A stretch of 64,000 nt of DNA from Octopus bimaculoides (lineage: Eukaryota). The notes below the pieces were generated by a model. That model saw nothing but the letters and a program-made list of their open reading frames with translations, had not been told where the DNA came from and did not search any database. The position numbers were made by a program, and so were the translations under genes. Below, piece by piece: positions 39,833-52,749 of the stretch. Numbering within the stretch: position 1 is the first letter of the stretch; the number at the start of each line of letters is the position of its first letter. Where the stretch lies: contig NC_068998.1 in NCBI RefSeq assembly GCF_001194135.2, positions 27,033,151 through 27,097,150 on the forward strand, read 5' to 3'.

Positions 39833-41429
39833 CAGAAGTTAAAATTGAACCCAGAACGCTGAAAGAAAGCGGCAAGCTTTTGGAAAAGGAAGGCCACAAC
39901 CTTAAATTGACGCCCTCAGTTGACTTATCAAATGGAGTTTTAAAAAAAGGACAGTGATATACAAAACACTGAAGGTATCGACAAGGAAAATCGAAATAGC
40001 TACGATAGAAGACATTGAGAAGTGTTTAAAACTTATAAAACTTATTACATGCTTATAACAAGAGAAAGAAGATATGGCACAGTGGAAAAGTATGAAAGAC
40101 CTTTTTCGTATTAATTATCTCTGACATGTCTATGGACGAAACAAAATGCCTTTTACCTTACTGCATTTTGAAACTCGGGTTCTATATTCTAAGTTGCCTA
40201 TGAAGAGAAAGATAGAGGAGAGAGAAATTATAGCTACTTCCATCGTATCATGATTTGACCTTAGTATCTGGAAATTTAGATGCAGTGACATTCAACAGAT
40301 TCTCGTCAAAGTTGTTAAAGCAAAAGACAAGCTGGGAGAGTGTCAATGAGGTATTATTATGTCACATGTGTCTTTGAAAGAGATAGCAAAAATTTCATAC
40401 TGTGTCTGTAAGTCAACATTAGCTCTATTTTTCAATTCATTATTGCTGAGCGAAACATTAACTGCAAAGTTTTAGAGAATGGCAATAACCCATCGTCATA
40501 TATTTAAGAGTTCTAGTTGAAGTCATCTTCTGTTTGCATTGTTTGGAAACATCCTGCGATTATACAGTCGAAATGAATTTTCACATAAAAAAACTTTTAT
40601 ATTTTTCTTGTTGCATAATTTATTTACTGCTTTTGTGAAAACGTTTGTTAACGATTGATTTTCCACACGGGCAATATGCTCTTAAAGAGTGGAGAATTGA
40701 ACCAAATAATATTTCTCTCCCTGGTGCATTTTATTATATGTTACTTCTTAGAAGTTATAATCTTTAGTTATATATCTTTTGAAGTGTCCGTGCACAAGTA
40801 TCTGGTTGTGTTTGTCTTCAGCTTTGTAAAAAGTTACTTATTGAAGAAATCTTCGTTTTTACACTTGTTATAGATATTTTTTTTTATAGCGTCTAAAAAA
40901 TGGTTGGAATCTGAATGAACCACAATAAGTAAATACATAGGTAATATCCTACCCAGAAAACTGCACTTATAAATGAGACGAGTATGTATTTCGCGGAGTG
41001 GGCATGTACGTGTGTGTGTGCATGTGAGTGGGCGTGCTTGTCTGTGCAGATGTGTGTGGGCAGGCGTGTGCGTGCGTGTGCGTGCATGTGCGTGCGTGTG
41101 CGTGTGTACGTGTGTGTATTTGGCTGTATTTGTATATTCATGTATGTGTATTGGTTTTGTGTTGGTTTCAATCATTCGACTGTGACCATGTTAATGTTTT
41201 AACCCCCACCCATCCACATTAGTTTAAAAATAAATATCCCTGGTTCGACTCCAGTTACCATCTACACGTACAGGAATAAGATACCTGTTGACGATCGGAA
41301 ATTAAATAGATGAAAAGTTAACGGAGGTATAAATAGTTTTTAAAAATGTTTCATCGCTAATCATAAAGTTAATGATAGTCGTAAAAAAAATACAATATCA
41401 ATAATTCTTTCGACTTTCTTGCTTTCTAT

Positions 41430-41630
41430 TTTAGGCAAAAAGCCTGAAAATTCAGGGGAGGGGAACGGTCGATGACATCGACCTCAGTGCTCAAATGGAT
41501 ATATATTTTACTGACCCCAAAATGATAGAAGGTAAAGCTGACCTCGGCGGAATTTGAACTCAGAAGGTGAACATGGACGACCCGCCGCTAAACATCTTAT
41601 CCGGCGTAATAACGATTCTGACAACTCGCC
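41430..41630 (-). mobile_element. SINE family C
   Basis: GACCTCGGCGGAATTTGAACTCAGAA...ACGATTCTGACAACTCGCC. Confidence 0.8.
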
Positions 41631-42204
41631 AAGTTACAACCATACCAATATTAGCTTATATCAAATATCTATACATTTAATCATCATCATCATGCTTTTG
41701 TTCTTTCCTTCTCCTTTCTTTTCTTTTCTTCTTTATGACTGTTTTAACCTCTATTGGCCTACATTCAGGACGAATTTGCAGCCATGATTGGATCAAATTT
41801 CCATTAAGTCATTATGCTGTTCATCACTCACATGCTAACCTTTATTCTTACTACATACTGCTATGTAATTCTGTTAGCTTTTTTTAACCACAAAGCCACA
41901 AAATGCAGATGATGACCTATGATATATCAATATAATATATATCAGAAACCGCCAATATTGCCCTTTAACATAGACAAACAGTTGCGAACTTGAGAGATGG
42001 TATGCATTGGAATTAAGACTTGAGCAATGCTTTATTTAATCGATCTGGAAAAGATGAAATCAACGTTGATATCAATAGGATTTGGAGATAGACCGTAAAG
42101 GGGCATTTTTAAATACCGCAACATATTTTGCCCGACGTTCTATCGACTTTGCTATCTATGGCCAGCCATATAAGATATCAATGTTATTCGTCGCATTGAA
42201 ACAG

Positions 42205-42335
42205 AATTGTTAGCACGCCGGACAAAATGCTTAGCGGCATTTCTTCCGGTTTCACATTCTGAGTTCAAATTCTGCCGAAGTCGACTTCGCTTTTTATCAT
42301 TTTGGAATCGATAAAATAAGTATCAGTTGAGACTT
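42205..42335 (+). mobile_element. SINE family C, partial
   Basis: GTTAGCACGCCGGACAAAATGCTTAGCGG...GAGTTCAAATTCTGCCGAAGTCGACTT. Confidence 0.8.
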
Positions 42336-43092
42336 ATGCTTATAGTAGAAAGAAAAATATTTTTCCTCGCAATGCATCGCTCAATAATGTTTTCTTTTTA
42401 TTTATTTGTTCGTGTTTGCTTCCAAATAAGTGCAACATTAATGTACAAGCCGACGAAGATCCATTTCAAATGGACGATCATCTCGCTAGAAATAGCAGCC
42501 AAATCCCAATTAAATCAGATCGCTAACCTTACTTAGGTGGAGGTCTCAAAATGCTTTTCATCATATATTTGCTTAATCAAAGTTGACCTGGAGCAAAATG
42601 AACAACGACAACAACAGCAACAACAACAACAGCAACAACAACAACAACGATACTGTACAAGGATAGAAAAGTATGGCCAGGATTATTGTTATTGTGATAT
42701 TCGGATATATTTGATTCGTCGTTTCATAACAGCACACTATTATTTTATGGGAAATAAAGACTGGTTTTAACATATTTTGTATCGAGTAGAAATAGTTTAC
42801 TATTTGACTGCTATCAGTCAGTGGAACTTCAATGGTTTAGTCGATAACACCGATCCCAATATTGTTTAAAGGTTTATTAACTTCATATGGGTGAAGGACA
42901 AGCTGGTATTTGACGCAAGAAGAACCAATAACACAAAATATGTTTGTGTGATGTACCGGTTCCGTCATTTCCCATCAACACACACACACACACACACACA
43001 CNNNNNNNNNNNNNNNNNNNNNNNNNNNNNNNNNNNNNNNNNNNNNNNNNNNNNNNNNNNNNNNNNNNNNNNNNNNNNNNNNNNNNNNNNNN

Positions 43093-43170
<78 letters not shown>

Positions 43171-43233
43171 GAGGTTATACGTCAAGTGGTCGAGCGCTGC
43201 TTTTGTTTCATATTTGAATATATATATATATAC

Positions 43234-43298
<65 letters not shown>

Positions 43299-43959
43299 GT
43301 GAGAGAAGGGGAGAGGGGGAGAGAGTTGGGCAAAAGGTCCGTTCAATTCTTGTCGACACTAAACACTAGTAAATAGTTAACTTCGGTCTGTACCTTCAAC
43401 GTAGTTCAGCACGAACTTGCGATGAGAAAGGTTGTATTTTGTGTTAAATATGGAGAACCCTGATTTCTATAAATAGACGCACGTGTGATAGGTAGGAATC
43501 AGAGAGGAGGAAAGAAGGTATAATGACACACGTACATATACTTGTGTGCATATGCATGCATACATATACACACACACACACATATATATATATACATACG
43601 CATATAAATACACACACATATAAATACATTCATGCTCACACGCATCCGTAAATGTATTCATACACGCTTATGTGTGCGCATACATATACACATACATGCA
43701 CATGCATATACATACGCGCAGGTGCTCACACGCTTACACAGTCACACCTACGAGCACATACAGGTACAAACGTATACATATGTACACATACACACACTCA
43801 CTCATATATATGTATATACATATGCACGTACATATACATACACACATATATATATATGTATATATATACATACATATACCCACATACATATACGTACATA
43901 CATAAATATACATACACACACATTTCCACACACACATGTATCCGCTTGCATGTCCATAT

Positions 43960-44603
43960 ATGTAGTATTAAATGATAGAGATCCTTAAAATAAGATAGGG
44001 GAGTTAAAAAATTAAAGATTAAATTAAGATGGAGATAAAGGAAAGTTAGGAAGGGTTGTTGGGGATTATCTAAGGGGTGTTTTGGATATACGCTGTGTGG
44101 TTATTTAGGTTGCATTTAGATTTGTGGTAAAATTTGAAGGTAATAAAAAAAGCAGTGGTTGCATCTACTTAGGGCCTCATTATATTTATTTACTAGTGTC
44201 GAGCAGTTGTGTTTCAATATGTGGAATACCTCTTTTAGGTACAACTTACCAGATAAGCGTTGACCTTGTTATGGAAGCCCTGAATCTATTATGGACCTTG
44301 ACAAAATGTAGGGAATATTTCTAATTTTTAGATGATGTATGTGACTGGCATGTTTTTACTGTGTTTCTCGTATCTAAAAGAATTGAGATGAGTGACATAT
44401 CGCTGTTTAAAATTTATGGTTGATTTTATATGTATAGCTGTACAATTGTGTAATGTGTTGAGGACGGTGCATTTATAATTTACGTTAGATCTTCTACAAT
44501 GGGTTTGTAGAGGGCAGATGGACCCAGGACGGCAGTTACGAGTGAGTGTATTTTGGGAATTATTTTCAGAAATGGAGGAAGTAATACTGTCACATTTATT
44601 CAC
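43960..44603 (-). mobile_element. Penelope-like GIY-YIG endonuclease domain plus 3' region (Naiad-like)
   Basis: ORF 44328-44603: RNCRPGSICPLQTHCRRSNVNYKCTV...IHIKST.NFKQRYVTHLNSFRYEKH (cf. CNCR....CPL.G.C...NVVYKC.V...YIG.T..FK.RY..H..SFR.EK). Confidence 0.85.
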
Positions 44604-44619
44604 TCTTTACTTTCTCATC

Positions 44620-45160
44620 TCGCCCTATCCCTCCCCACTACTCTCCCATCCTCCCCTCACATTATCTTGATCACCAACTAACACCCCTTTTCTCACTACT
44701 TTCACCCTTTCTTTATTTTTTCACTCTTTTTCTTTTTTCTCACTTTTTCTTTTTCTTTTTTTCACTCTTTCTTTCTCTCATTTTCTCTCCCTGCTTTCAT
44801 TTTGACCTATCGCTTCATTCTAGGCATACATATCTCCCCTCCCCCACATCTATCCACAAATACTACCAATACATTCTCAAATTTTCATTCACACTACAAA
44901 ACCCAACTGCAACCACAATATCTTTGTTTCTACTTTCATTCTCTTATTTATTTCTATATTCCCTATCTCCTCCTTTTCCATAATAATTCCTTATTTCGAA
45001 CTCAAATATTTACCTCTTTTTAACCATCTTACATCGTCTCTGATGAAGGGATATCCATAATATCCCAGAAACAGCTGCAAGACTATATCCATATCTTTTC
45101 CCTTATAAATGTCCTGAAAACTCCTCGCAGCCTTGGTTTTTATTATCTCATTTTCTCATT
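44620..45160 (+). mobile_element. PLE pseudo-LTR, inverted relative to the adjacent EN fragment
   Basis: Pyrimidine-rich region containing a hammerhead motif; homologous to 63470-63700 (-). Confidence 0.7.
45036..45083 (+). ncRNA. Minimal type I hammerhead ribozyme motif, probably inactivated (U16.1 to C)
   Basis: gtct-CTGATGA-a-gggatat/atatccc-a-GAAA-cagctg-CA-agac: stems I and II pair and the core is present, but the cleavage triplet is GCA rather than GUA. Confidence 0.75.
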
Positions 45161-45164
45161 TAAG

Positions 45165-45269
45165 CTGCAAAAACATCACAAAAACTGCTGCTCAGAGTTT
45201 CAAGTTCCCAGTTGTCCGACGAGCGGGACCATGAAACTCTGAGTAGCAGTTTTTGTGATGATTTTGCAG
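45165..45269. repeat. 105-bp foldback element
   Basis: 38-bp arms (45165-45202 and 45232-45269) with 2 mismatches, around a quasi-palindromic 29-nt spacer. Confidence 0.9.
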
Positions 45270-45340
45270 TTTTAATAATAAAAAAAGCATATTACTCTAA
45301 CTTCCGTTGTTTTTATGTGCTTTTATGTGCTTATTCGTGT

Positions 45341-45374
<34 letters not shown>

Positions 45375-47199
45375 ATTATCCTCCAGGTATTTGCATACTT
45401 CATGTCTTCTCAATTTCATTTACAGTACTTTGGTTGACCTGCAGCCATGGTAGAGGACTCTTGCCCAAGGAAGGGTGTAACTGGATCGAACACAGAGCCA
45501 CCTGACTGTAAAACAGGCTTCTTTATTCCATGGGTATGCCTGTACCCAGTTTGTAGATATTAAAAAAAAAACTAACCAATTAAAGAATCTTGTTATTATA
45601 TTTAGTTTTGGCGGGAGGGATATTTTTCACATCTGCTCAGACATACACTTATCTAAAGTCCTAAATAGTTGTTGATACATATGCATGCATATCTACAAAC
45701 ATGCACTTTAAGGCATTCAAATGGACATTAACAATGAGACAGGTAAAACTATTTTTATCAGATGTCAAAGTCACTATCAATAGTAAGGTGAAGTTTAAAG
45801 TTTTTTGTTACAAAACACTGGCCAAAATATCAAGCGATTTTTTATCGTTTTCCATAATTGAAACTAAAGTGCATATAACTCGTTATTGCGTGCGTATATG
45901 GTTCTGTATGAATTGACCGAAAAGTTCTAAAGGTGACATGGATTCTTATTTCCAAAACAACAGAAGGAACTGTATTTACGTATTGTGTCTGTTTGATCAG
46001 AGGAAAAAATATTCCGTCCAAAATATTTATAGAATTCTTGTGGAAATAAAATAAAGTAATGTTGTCTGTCATCTTATAAGATTATACGTTGAATATTAGA
46101 TGAGAAAGTACAGCACATTCAGTTCTAGAAACAACAGACATACGGGTTATCCAAAGAAACATGAAATAAGGTGGTAGGTTAAGATCTCAATAAACAGGGG
46201 TTTACAGGAAATAAGAATAATGACAGCACGAAATAGGAATCTAGCGAATTGATGTGTATAACAGATGACAGCAGGCTAAACAGAGATTAAAATGACCGCG
46301 GAGATGGAGGGGAAGATAGTATTGCTTTTATTCACGGAGAGGTTAATGCGAATGAATTATTAATGCAAAGTTAGATAGACGGAGCTACAGAAACACGCAT
46401 AAAGAGAAAAAAACAAGAAAATGAAGACGGAAGGAAGGAAGGAAAGTTCAATGCGGGTTAAGGAAGAGAGATAATTAATGTTCGTATTATTATTTTTCCT
46501 TCTCAATGCCAAGCACCAATTAATTTACAAAGTCTGGTTATATTTTTAGATTTTTCACCCAAACATTAATGATAGTCATATATAAATGTAAAAATAAAAA
46601 GGTTATATTCTTATTTGTCAGAGAAGGCAGCCATGCTGAGTTTATAAATTTAAAATTTTGTTATCTTTCTTGTTATTGTCGATGTTGTATTTCTTTTTTT
46701 ATAATTGAATGCTTTTTAACTTACTTTATTTATTTTTATTACTTTTATTGCTAATTAGTATTTCGAAAATCAAATTCGTCAATTAAAACACCTAAAAGGC
46801 ATGTTCTTCCTGCAATCGTCCATTACGAAGAAATCAATAAAGAAATACATCAATCAGAGTCGTGACAGACATTTCCATTTATTGCCAACAACTAAATATC
46901 TAAAATAGTTTGGTATCACTGAGGTAGAGTGTTGAACATGAGTGGCTACAGAAATTTTAACAGAGGGGGTAGGTAGGCAAAGAGAGAGAATGGTCAAGAT
47001 AGGAGTTAGTTGGGATGTTTAACACGTAAGTGACATAGAGTGCTTAAAATCCATAAATTAATGTTCAACACGGAAGTGAAGTGCTCATCCTGGAGGGGTT
47101 CAGTGTCTAATACGGTGTGGATAGGCACCTTAACATGGACGGCCAGAGGATTTGACAATCGAGGACAGATGTAGTGTAAAAAGTATCAAGAGGTACATT

Positions 47200-48960
47200 G
47201 ATTTATAGTGATTATTAACACAAAGGAGCAGCAGTGATCAACACAGAGTTAGAGATCAAGTGATCAGTTCATAGCTACAGTACTCAACAAATAATTCATT
47301 CTGTTGATAAGTGTATCCTTCTATATGTATGGTGTTCAATGTATTGATCATTGTATCACAGTGTTAACCACTATATATCTGTATTGCTATATCTATATTG
47401 CTATATCACTGTTTCCGCATTGTATCCTTGTCTTGATCATAGCATTTCTATGATATACTAATCCACACGGTGGCAGAGTAAATGACTGAGTCATTCAGTC
47501 ATACAGAAATCAGACACTAAAACAGTATCCGAATAATGATACAATAATCAACGCAGAGATACACTGATCAAAACAAATCTGATCGACAAACTGATACAGG
47601 GATCAACGAAGTGAAACAGTGATCAAATATAGCGATCAACAGAGAAGCAGTGATCAACGTAGTGACTCACTGATACAGCGGTCAACATAGTGATACAGTG
47701 ATCGAACACCTAGTATATGGATTAATATAGTGATACAGTGGTCAGCACAGAGATATAAAGATTGATATACCGATCATTAGAATCATAGATTCATACAATG
47801 CTATTAGGACATAATGATAAACACAGTGAAATAGTAACTAACGTAAGTGATCATTACATTGATATGATGATCGACCTTATGAACAAAGATATACAAAGAG
47901 ATATACTAATTAACACAGTGACCAGCAGAGGGACTGTAGCAACCACAATGATATGATAATCAATGCAGTGACACTGTGATCAATTCAGTGATACAATGAT
48001 CAACTCGATGATATAGTAACTAACAGGGACACAACAATTAAATCAATGTTAATTGATGACAGAGCCAATGACAAACTGAGCAACTCAGAGAAACAGTGAT
48101 CTGCTTTGAGAAACAGTGATCTGCTTTGAGAAACAGTGATCTGCTGTGAGACACAGTGGTCAACAGAGAAATATAATGATCAACGCAGTTTCACTGATTC
48201 AATTATCAACACTGAGACCCAGTGATGAAGTGTGTGATACAAAGATACAGTGGTTGATACACAGAGAGAGTGATGAACAAGGTGACACAGGGAACACTAA
48301 GGAGGTCGAGTGATCAATACGGTAATTTATTGATCAACACAGGCACATTGATGAATACGGATATACAGTGATAAAAAAATAGAGATACAGTACGCTACAG
48401 TGATATAGTAATATAGTTGTCTGATCAGCTCAATAATACAGTGATCGACATAGAAATATTGTGAGTAATAGAATGTTAGAGTGATGAACATACAAATACC
48501 GATATTAAGACGTTGAAATAATGTTTAGAACAGTTATTAATGCAGAGATACAGCGAATCAGTGTTACAATGCTGATGTAGTGCAATGGTCGATACATAGT
48601 CGCAATGTGTATTTCAGTGATCAACTTAGAGAGATACCATCAATACGGTAATTAACACTATATATATGTATCGAACTGACGACCACACATGTAAAGAGAT
48701 CAAAACTGCAATACAGAGTTATAATGATTAAAATTGTGAACAAGGATTTACAGCTACATTGACTATTAAAGAGGTACACCCATGAACACGATGGTACAAT
48801 GATTAACACAGAAATACAGTGATATAGTGACACGGCGACTGAGTGATCAACAAAGTGATCGGCGCAGTGATACAATGAAGAGCGGTAAAGTTATCAAAAC
48901 AATGATCCAGTGATCAACGCTCTGATCAATACAAACGTACAGTAATGTACGGAGAACAAA
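47200..48960. repeat. Degenerate tandem array built on (A/C)AGTGATCAAC / GTGATAC motifs, with inverted blocks
   Basis: Roughly 15-20 TGATCA hexamers by eye plus variants. A near-exact 20-bp repeat GAGAAACAGTGATCTGCTTT x3 lies at ~48088-48150, and an inverted block at ~47340-47440. Confidence 0.8.
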
Positions 48961-49224
48961 GCCATAGTCAAGTCGCATGTCTCTATCGTTGATATGCGAT
49001 ATGTTGAGTTTATATGATATATCATCCGACATACGGGCAGATATAATCCTAGGCTGAGTTGACTCCATACATGTAGCGGCACCAACCGCAACACGGGCCA
49101 ACGAAGAATCATCTATTAAGTCGCTCAATCTGCTAGAAATAACGGTCAAGTCTTCCTCACACCCTACAGTTATTTTTTTAAATATACAGATATTGTAGTC
49201 GTAAATACACTACACGCACGTGTG

Positions 49225-49268
<44 letters not shown>

Positions 49269-49386
49269 CAAATTAAAAGGGTAAAGGTTTATCAATTTAT
49301 TAATTTATTAATAAATCAACAATTACCAAGCCCTTCGGTATGTAAGCACCATTATCGGTGGAGAACTTATTTAAAAGTTCATATAC

Positions 49387-49700
49387 ATTTATAAACATAA
49401 TTAAGGGATCAGCAAATATATGCTTCACCATATACCGAAGTTCAGAAATAGCAGCTAAAAAAGCTGAAACCCCAACAGATAGCATTACTTGTAACTCACA
49501 AAGGCAAAAACAAGAAGAAAAAAACAATGAAAACTAACCATTACGAAGTTAATCGTAGACGCGTTTCTGGATTATGAGTGATAAATACTCAATTTCCTTC
49601 ATCAATACGATATTCCAGTAGTAACTTCGACCATGCTAGCAAGCTGTGCATGCATTCGGTATATGGTGAAGCAAATATTTGCTGATCCCTTAATTATGTT

Positions 49701-49707
<7 letters not shown>
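49387..49707. mobile_element. MITE with 53-bp terminal inverted repeats in a TA-rich context
   Basis: ATTTATAAACATAATTAAGGGATCAGCAAATATATGCTTCACCATATACCGAA (49387-49439) versus 49655-49707: 52/53 complementary. Confidence 0.8.
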
Positions 49708-49748
<41 letters not shown>

Positions 49749-49755
<7 letters not shown>

Positions 49756-50127
49756 GACCCCTTTCGGTCATGAATGACCATGGGATTGCACCTAGAAAGT
49801 TACCCTCCGAGGCACAAGTCCGGGCAAGGTTGTTTATGGAAAGCCAGCAGTCACCTATGCATGCCAGCCTCCCCTCTCCACGCTAGCGATGTTATCCAAG
49901 GGAAAGGCAAAGGCCAATACAGCTTGGCACCAGTGACGTCGCAGCTCATTTATTAACGTGCAAGTGGCTGAGCACTCCACAGACACGTAGTTCTCGGGGA
50001 GATTCAGCGTGACACAGAGTGTGACAAGGCTGGCCCTTTGAAATACAGGCACAACAGAAACAGGAAGAAAGAGTGAGAGAAAGTTGTGGTGAAAGAGTAC
50101 AGCAGGGTTCGCCACCATCCCCTGCCG
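49749..50127 (-). mobile_element. SINE family A body with an alternative 3' tail, 5'-truncated
   Basis: 49952-50127 is the reverse complement of the body of 454-1078. 49749-49951 is an unrelated tail ending ...GACCGAAAGGGGTCACAACAA. Confidence 0.85.
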
Positions 50128-50522
50128 ACGTGGCTGTGTGGTAAGAAGTTTGCATCTAAAACACGTGATTTTAGGTTCAATCCCGCTGCGTGACCTCTTA
50201 GTTAGATATCTTCTACTATAACCGCGGGCCGACCGAAGCCATTTGTGTGGATTTGGTAGACGGAAACTAAAAGAAGCTCGTCGTATATGTATGTATATGT
50301 TTGTTGGGGGGAGTGAGTATATGTATCTTTGTGTCTGTATTTGTCACCCGCTACGCTTGACAACCGGTATTGGTGTATTTACGTCCCTGTAACTTACCGG
50401 TTCGATTAAAGAGACTGATAGAATAAGTGCTAGGCTTTAAAAAAAGTATTCGTTCGATTAAAATTCTTCAAGGCGGTACCCCCAGCATGGCTGCGGTCTA
50501 ATGACTGAAATGAGTAAAAGAA
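50128..50522 (+). mobile_element. SINE family B, near full-length
   Basis: TGGCTGTGTGG (A box), GGTTCAATCC (B box), central GGATTTGGTAGACGGAAACT, tail CCCAGCATGGCTGCGGTCTAATGACTGAAA. Confidence 0.9.
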
Positions 50523-50754
50523 AAGGATATATACATATATATGTATGGATGCATGCATATATCTACATAGGTTTCTATGCAAACAGACAAGCAGACAGAT
50601 AGAATATAAGACAATGGAGCACTAAATACACTGCTTTATGTGTATCACACACACACACACACGCGCAGATATATATAATCTATATAAGTGTATCTTCTCA
50701 CTCAGTTTCTTCCGAGAAACAGTTAGAATGCAGCAACTACTCTGATATAGTTTC

Positions 50755-50995
50755 AAATTTTGAGATAAGGCCAGCAAGTTAGGGGACAATACGATTACAT
50801 CGACTTCAATGATCGATCTTGCCTTTCACCCTTTTGGGACCGATAAAGATCCCAAAAGGATGAAAGGAAAGATCGACTTCGGTGGAATTTAAACTCAGAA
50901 GGTAGAGACGGACGAAATGCTTCTAAGCAAGCCGGACGAAATGTTTAGCGGCATTTCGTCCGGCCTGCTAATGACTCTGCCAGCTCTCCACCTTA
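50755..50995 (-). mobile_element. SINE family C, internally rearranged
   Basis: AAAGGATGAAAGG...GACTTCGGTGGAATTTAAACTCAGAA...GACTCTGCCAGCTCTCCACC. Confidence 0.75.
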
Positions 50996-51330
50996 GCAAC
51001 TACCTAGATACTTACTGTTATAAGGCTAAGTAAAGTCGAGCGAAGANNNNNNNNNNNNNNNNNNNNNNNNNNNNNNNNNNNNNNNNNNNNNNNNNNNNNN
51101 NNNNNNNNNNNNNNNNNNNNNNNNNNNNNNNNNNNNNNNNNNNNNNNNNNNNNNNNNNNNNNNNNNNNNNNNNNNNNNNNNNNNNNNNNNNNNNNNNNNN
51201 NNNNNNNNNNNNNNNNNNNNNNNNNNNNNNNNNNNNNNNNNNNNNNNNNNNNNNNNNNNNNNNNNNNNNNNNNNNNNNNNNNNNNNNNNNNNNNNNNNNN
51301 NNNNNNNNNNNNNNNNNNNNNNNNNNATAT

Positions 51331-51387
<57 letters not shown>

Positions 51388-51544
51388 TAGGAGTTTTGTG
51401 TGTGTGTGTGTGTGTGTACTGCGAGAAACCGAAAGCAGTGAATCTCGCCTGCAACTATGAAATGCCGTATGCATAAGGAGTACAATCAATAATAGTTATT
51501 AATTTTCTTAGCACTAGCACCAGAGTGGTATATATTGTTTACTA

Positions 51545-52360
51545 TTACTACAAAGGCTGAATGAACGGAGAAGGCATAGGTTTTTGGCTGAGAAAAATAT
51601 AGCATTTGGGGCACTTAAAAAGAAACCTACAATGCTGGTTTGAGACCAGTTTACAGCATATCTTACTGAGCCAGTGAAACGCATTGTAATATTTGGTAAC
51701 CTTAAGGTAGCAAACTAACAGAATTGTTACCAGGCCGGGCTAAATCCTTAGCGGCATTTCGTCCGTCGTTACGTTCTGAATTCAAATTCTACTAAGGTTG
51801 ACTTTGCCTTTCATCCTTTCAGGGCCGAGAAAATAAGAACCAGTTGAACACAGGGTCAAGGTAATCGACACATCCCCTTCGTCAAAATTGCTGGCCTTGT
51901 GCCAAAATTTGAAGCCAATATATGAAAACCTCTTTAAGCTGTAATATGCTGTGGTTTGATAAGTATTCTTCAAATACTTGATGTTGTTTTGACAAGCCAT
52001 TTTCAGAATGGAATTAAAAGGGACGACATATCAAAGATATATGATGAAGTGAAAAAATAAAAAGGAAGTAATTTTTAAAAGCTTAAGCCTTGTTACAAGG
52101 GTTAAAGCAATTTGCAATACTTTACATAAACATACGGTTTCCAATAAGTTTTTAAATAGCGGCATGAAGAATAAATTAAGTGGTACAGAAGATAAGCTGC
52201 TGGGTAATAGTGGGGAATGCAGCTGATTCACCACTGCAAGTTTAGATGAAGATGACAAAATGATTTGATAGAACCCGGGTGAAAATCTAAATCGAGAAGT
52301 ATAGCTGCAATTATTTGGACAATCAGATGATGAATGAGACTTTGATGGGATGTAAGTGAT
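51545..52360 (+). pseudogene. pogo/Tigger-like DDE transposase C-terminal relic, interrupted by a SINE
   Basis: KG*MNGEG...KKPTMLV*DQFTAYLTEPVK, then the SINE, then AVICCGLISILQILDVVLTSHF...SGMKNKLSGTEDKLL...LFGQSDDE*DFDGM* (cf. KGWMD...LLVWDQFRAHLT; AVIPGGLTS.LQPLDV.VNKPFK; CGISN.LDGTEDD; acidic tail). Confidence 0.8.
51712..51915 (+). mobile_element. SINE family C inserted in the pogo relic
   Basis: GCGGCATTTCGTCCGTCG...TTCAAATTCT...GACTTTGCCTTTCATCCTTTCAGGG...GGCCTTGTGCCAAAATTTGAA. Confidence 0.85.
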
Positions 52361-52749
52361 AAACTCATCTTATGAGCAATGACCTTTTTATAACCTGTGA
52401 AACAGCATTTGCTAAATGGCGTTTAAGCTAAAGGTTCTGACCAAAAGCAGGAACAACGCCAGTTTTCGTGTTTCTGTATTATTACGTTTTACTTTTTTCG
52501 TTTTTGTGTTTTGTACATTATAATATTTGGGGACGACATTACCTTTGTTTCTCATATACATGTGTGTGTGTGCGTGTGAGAGAGAGTGTGTATGTGTGTA
52601 TGCAAATGTGTGTATGTTATTCAGTTTTATTTCAAGATTTCTTGCTAAAAGAGAAAGAGTCAGTTTCTAACCCAGATTCAAGACTCCTTCATTGGAATTT
52701 GAACATCAACAACAGGATTATTCATCCCAGGATTACTCATTGAAGGCTT

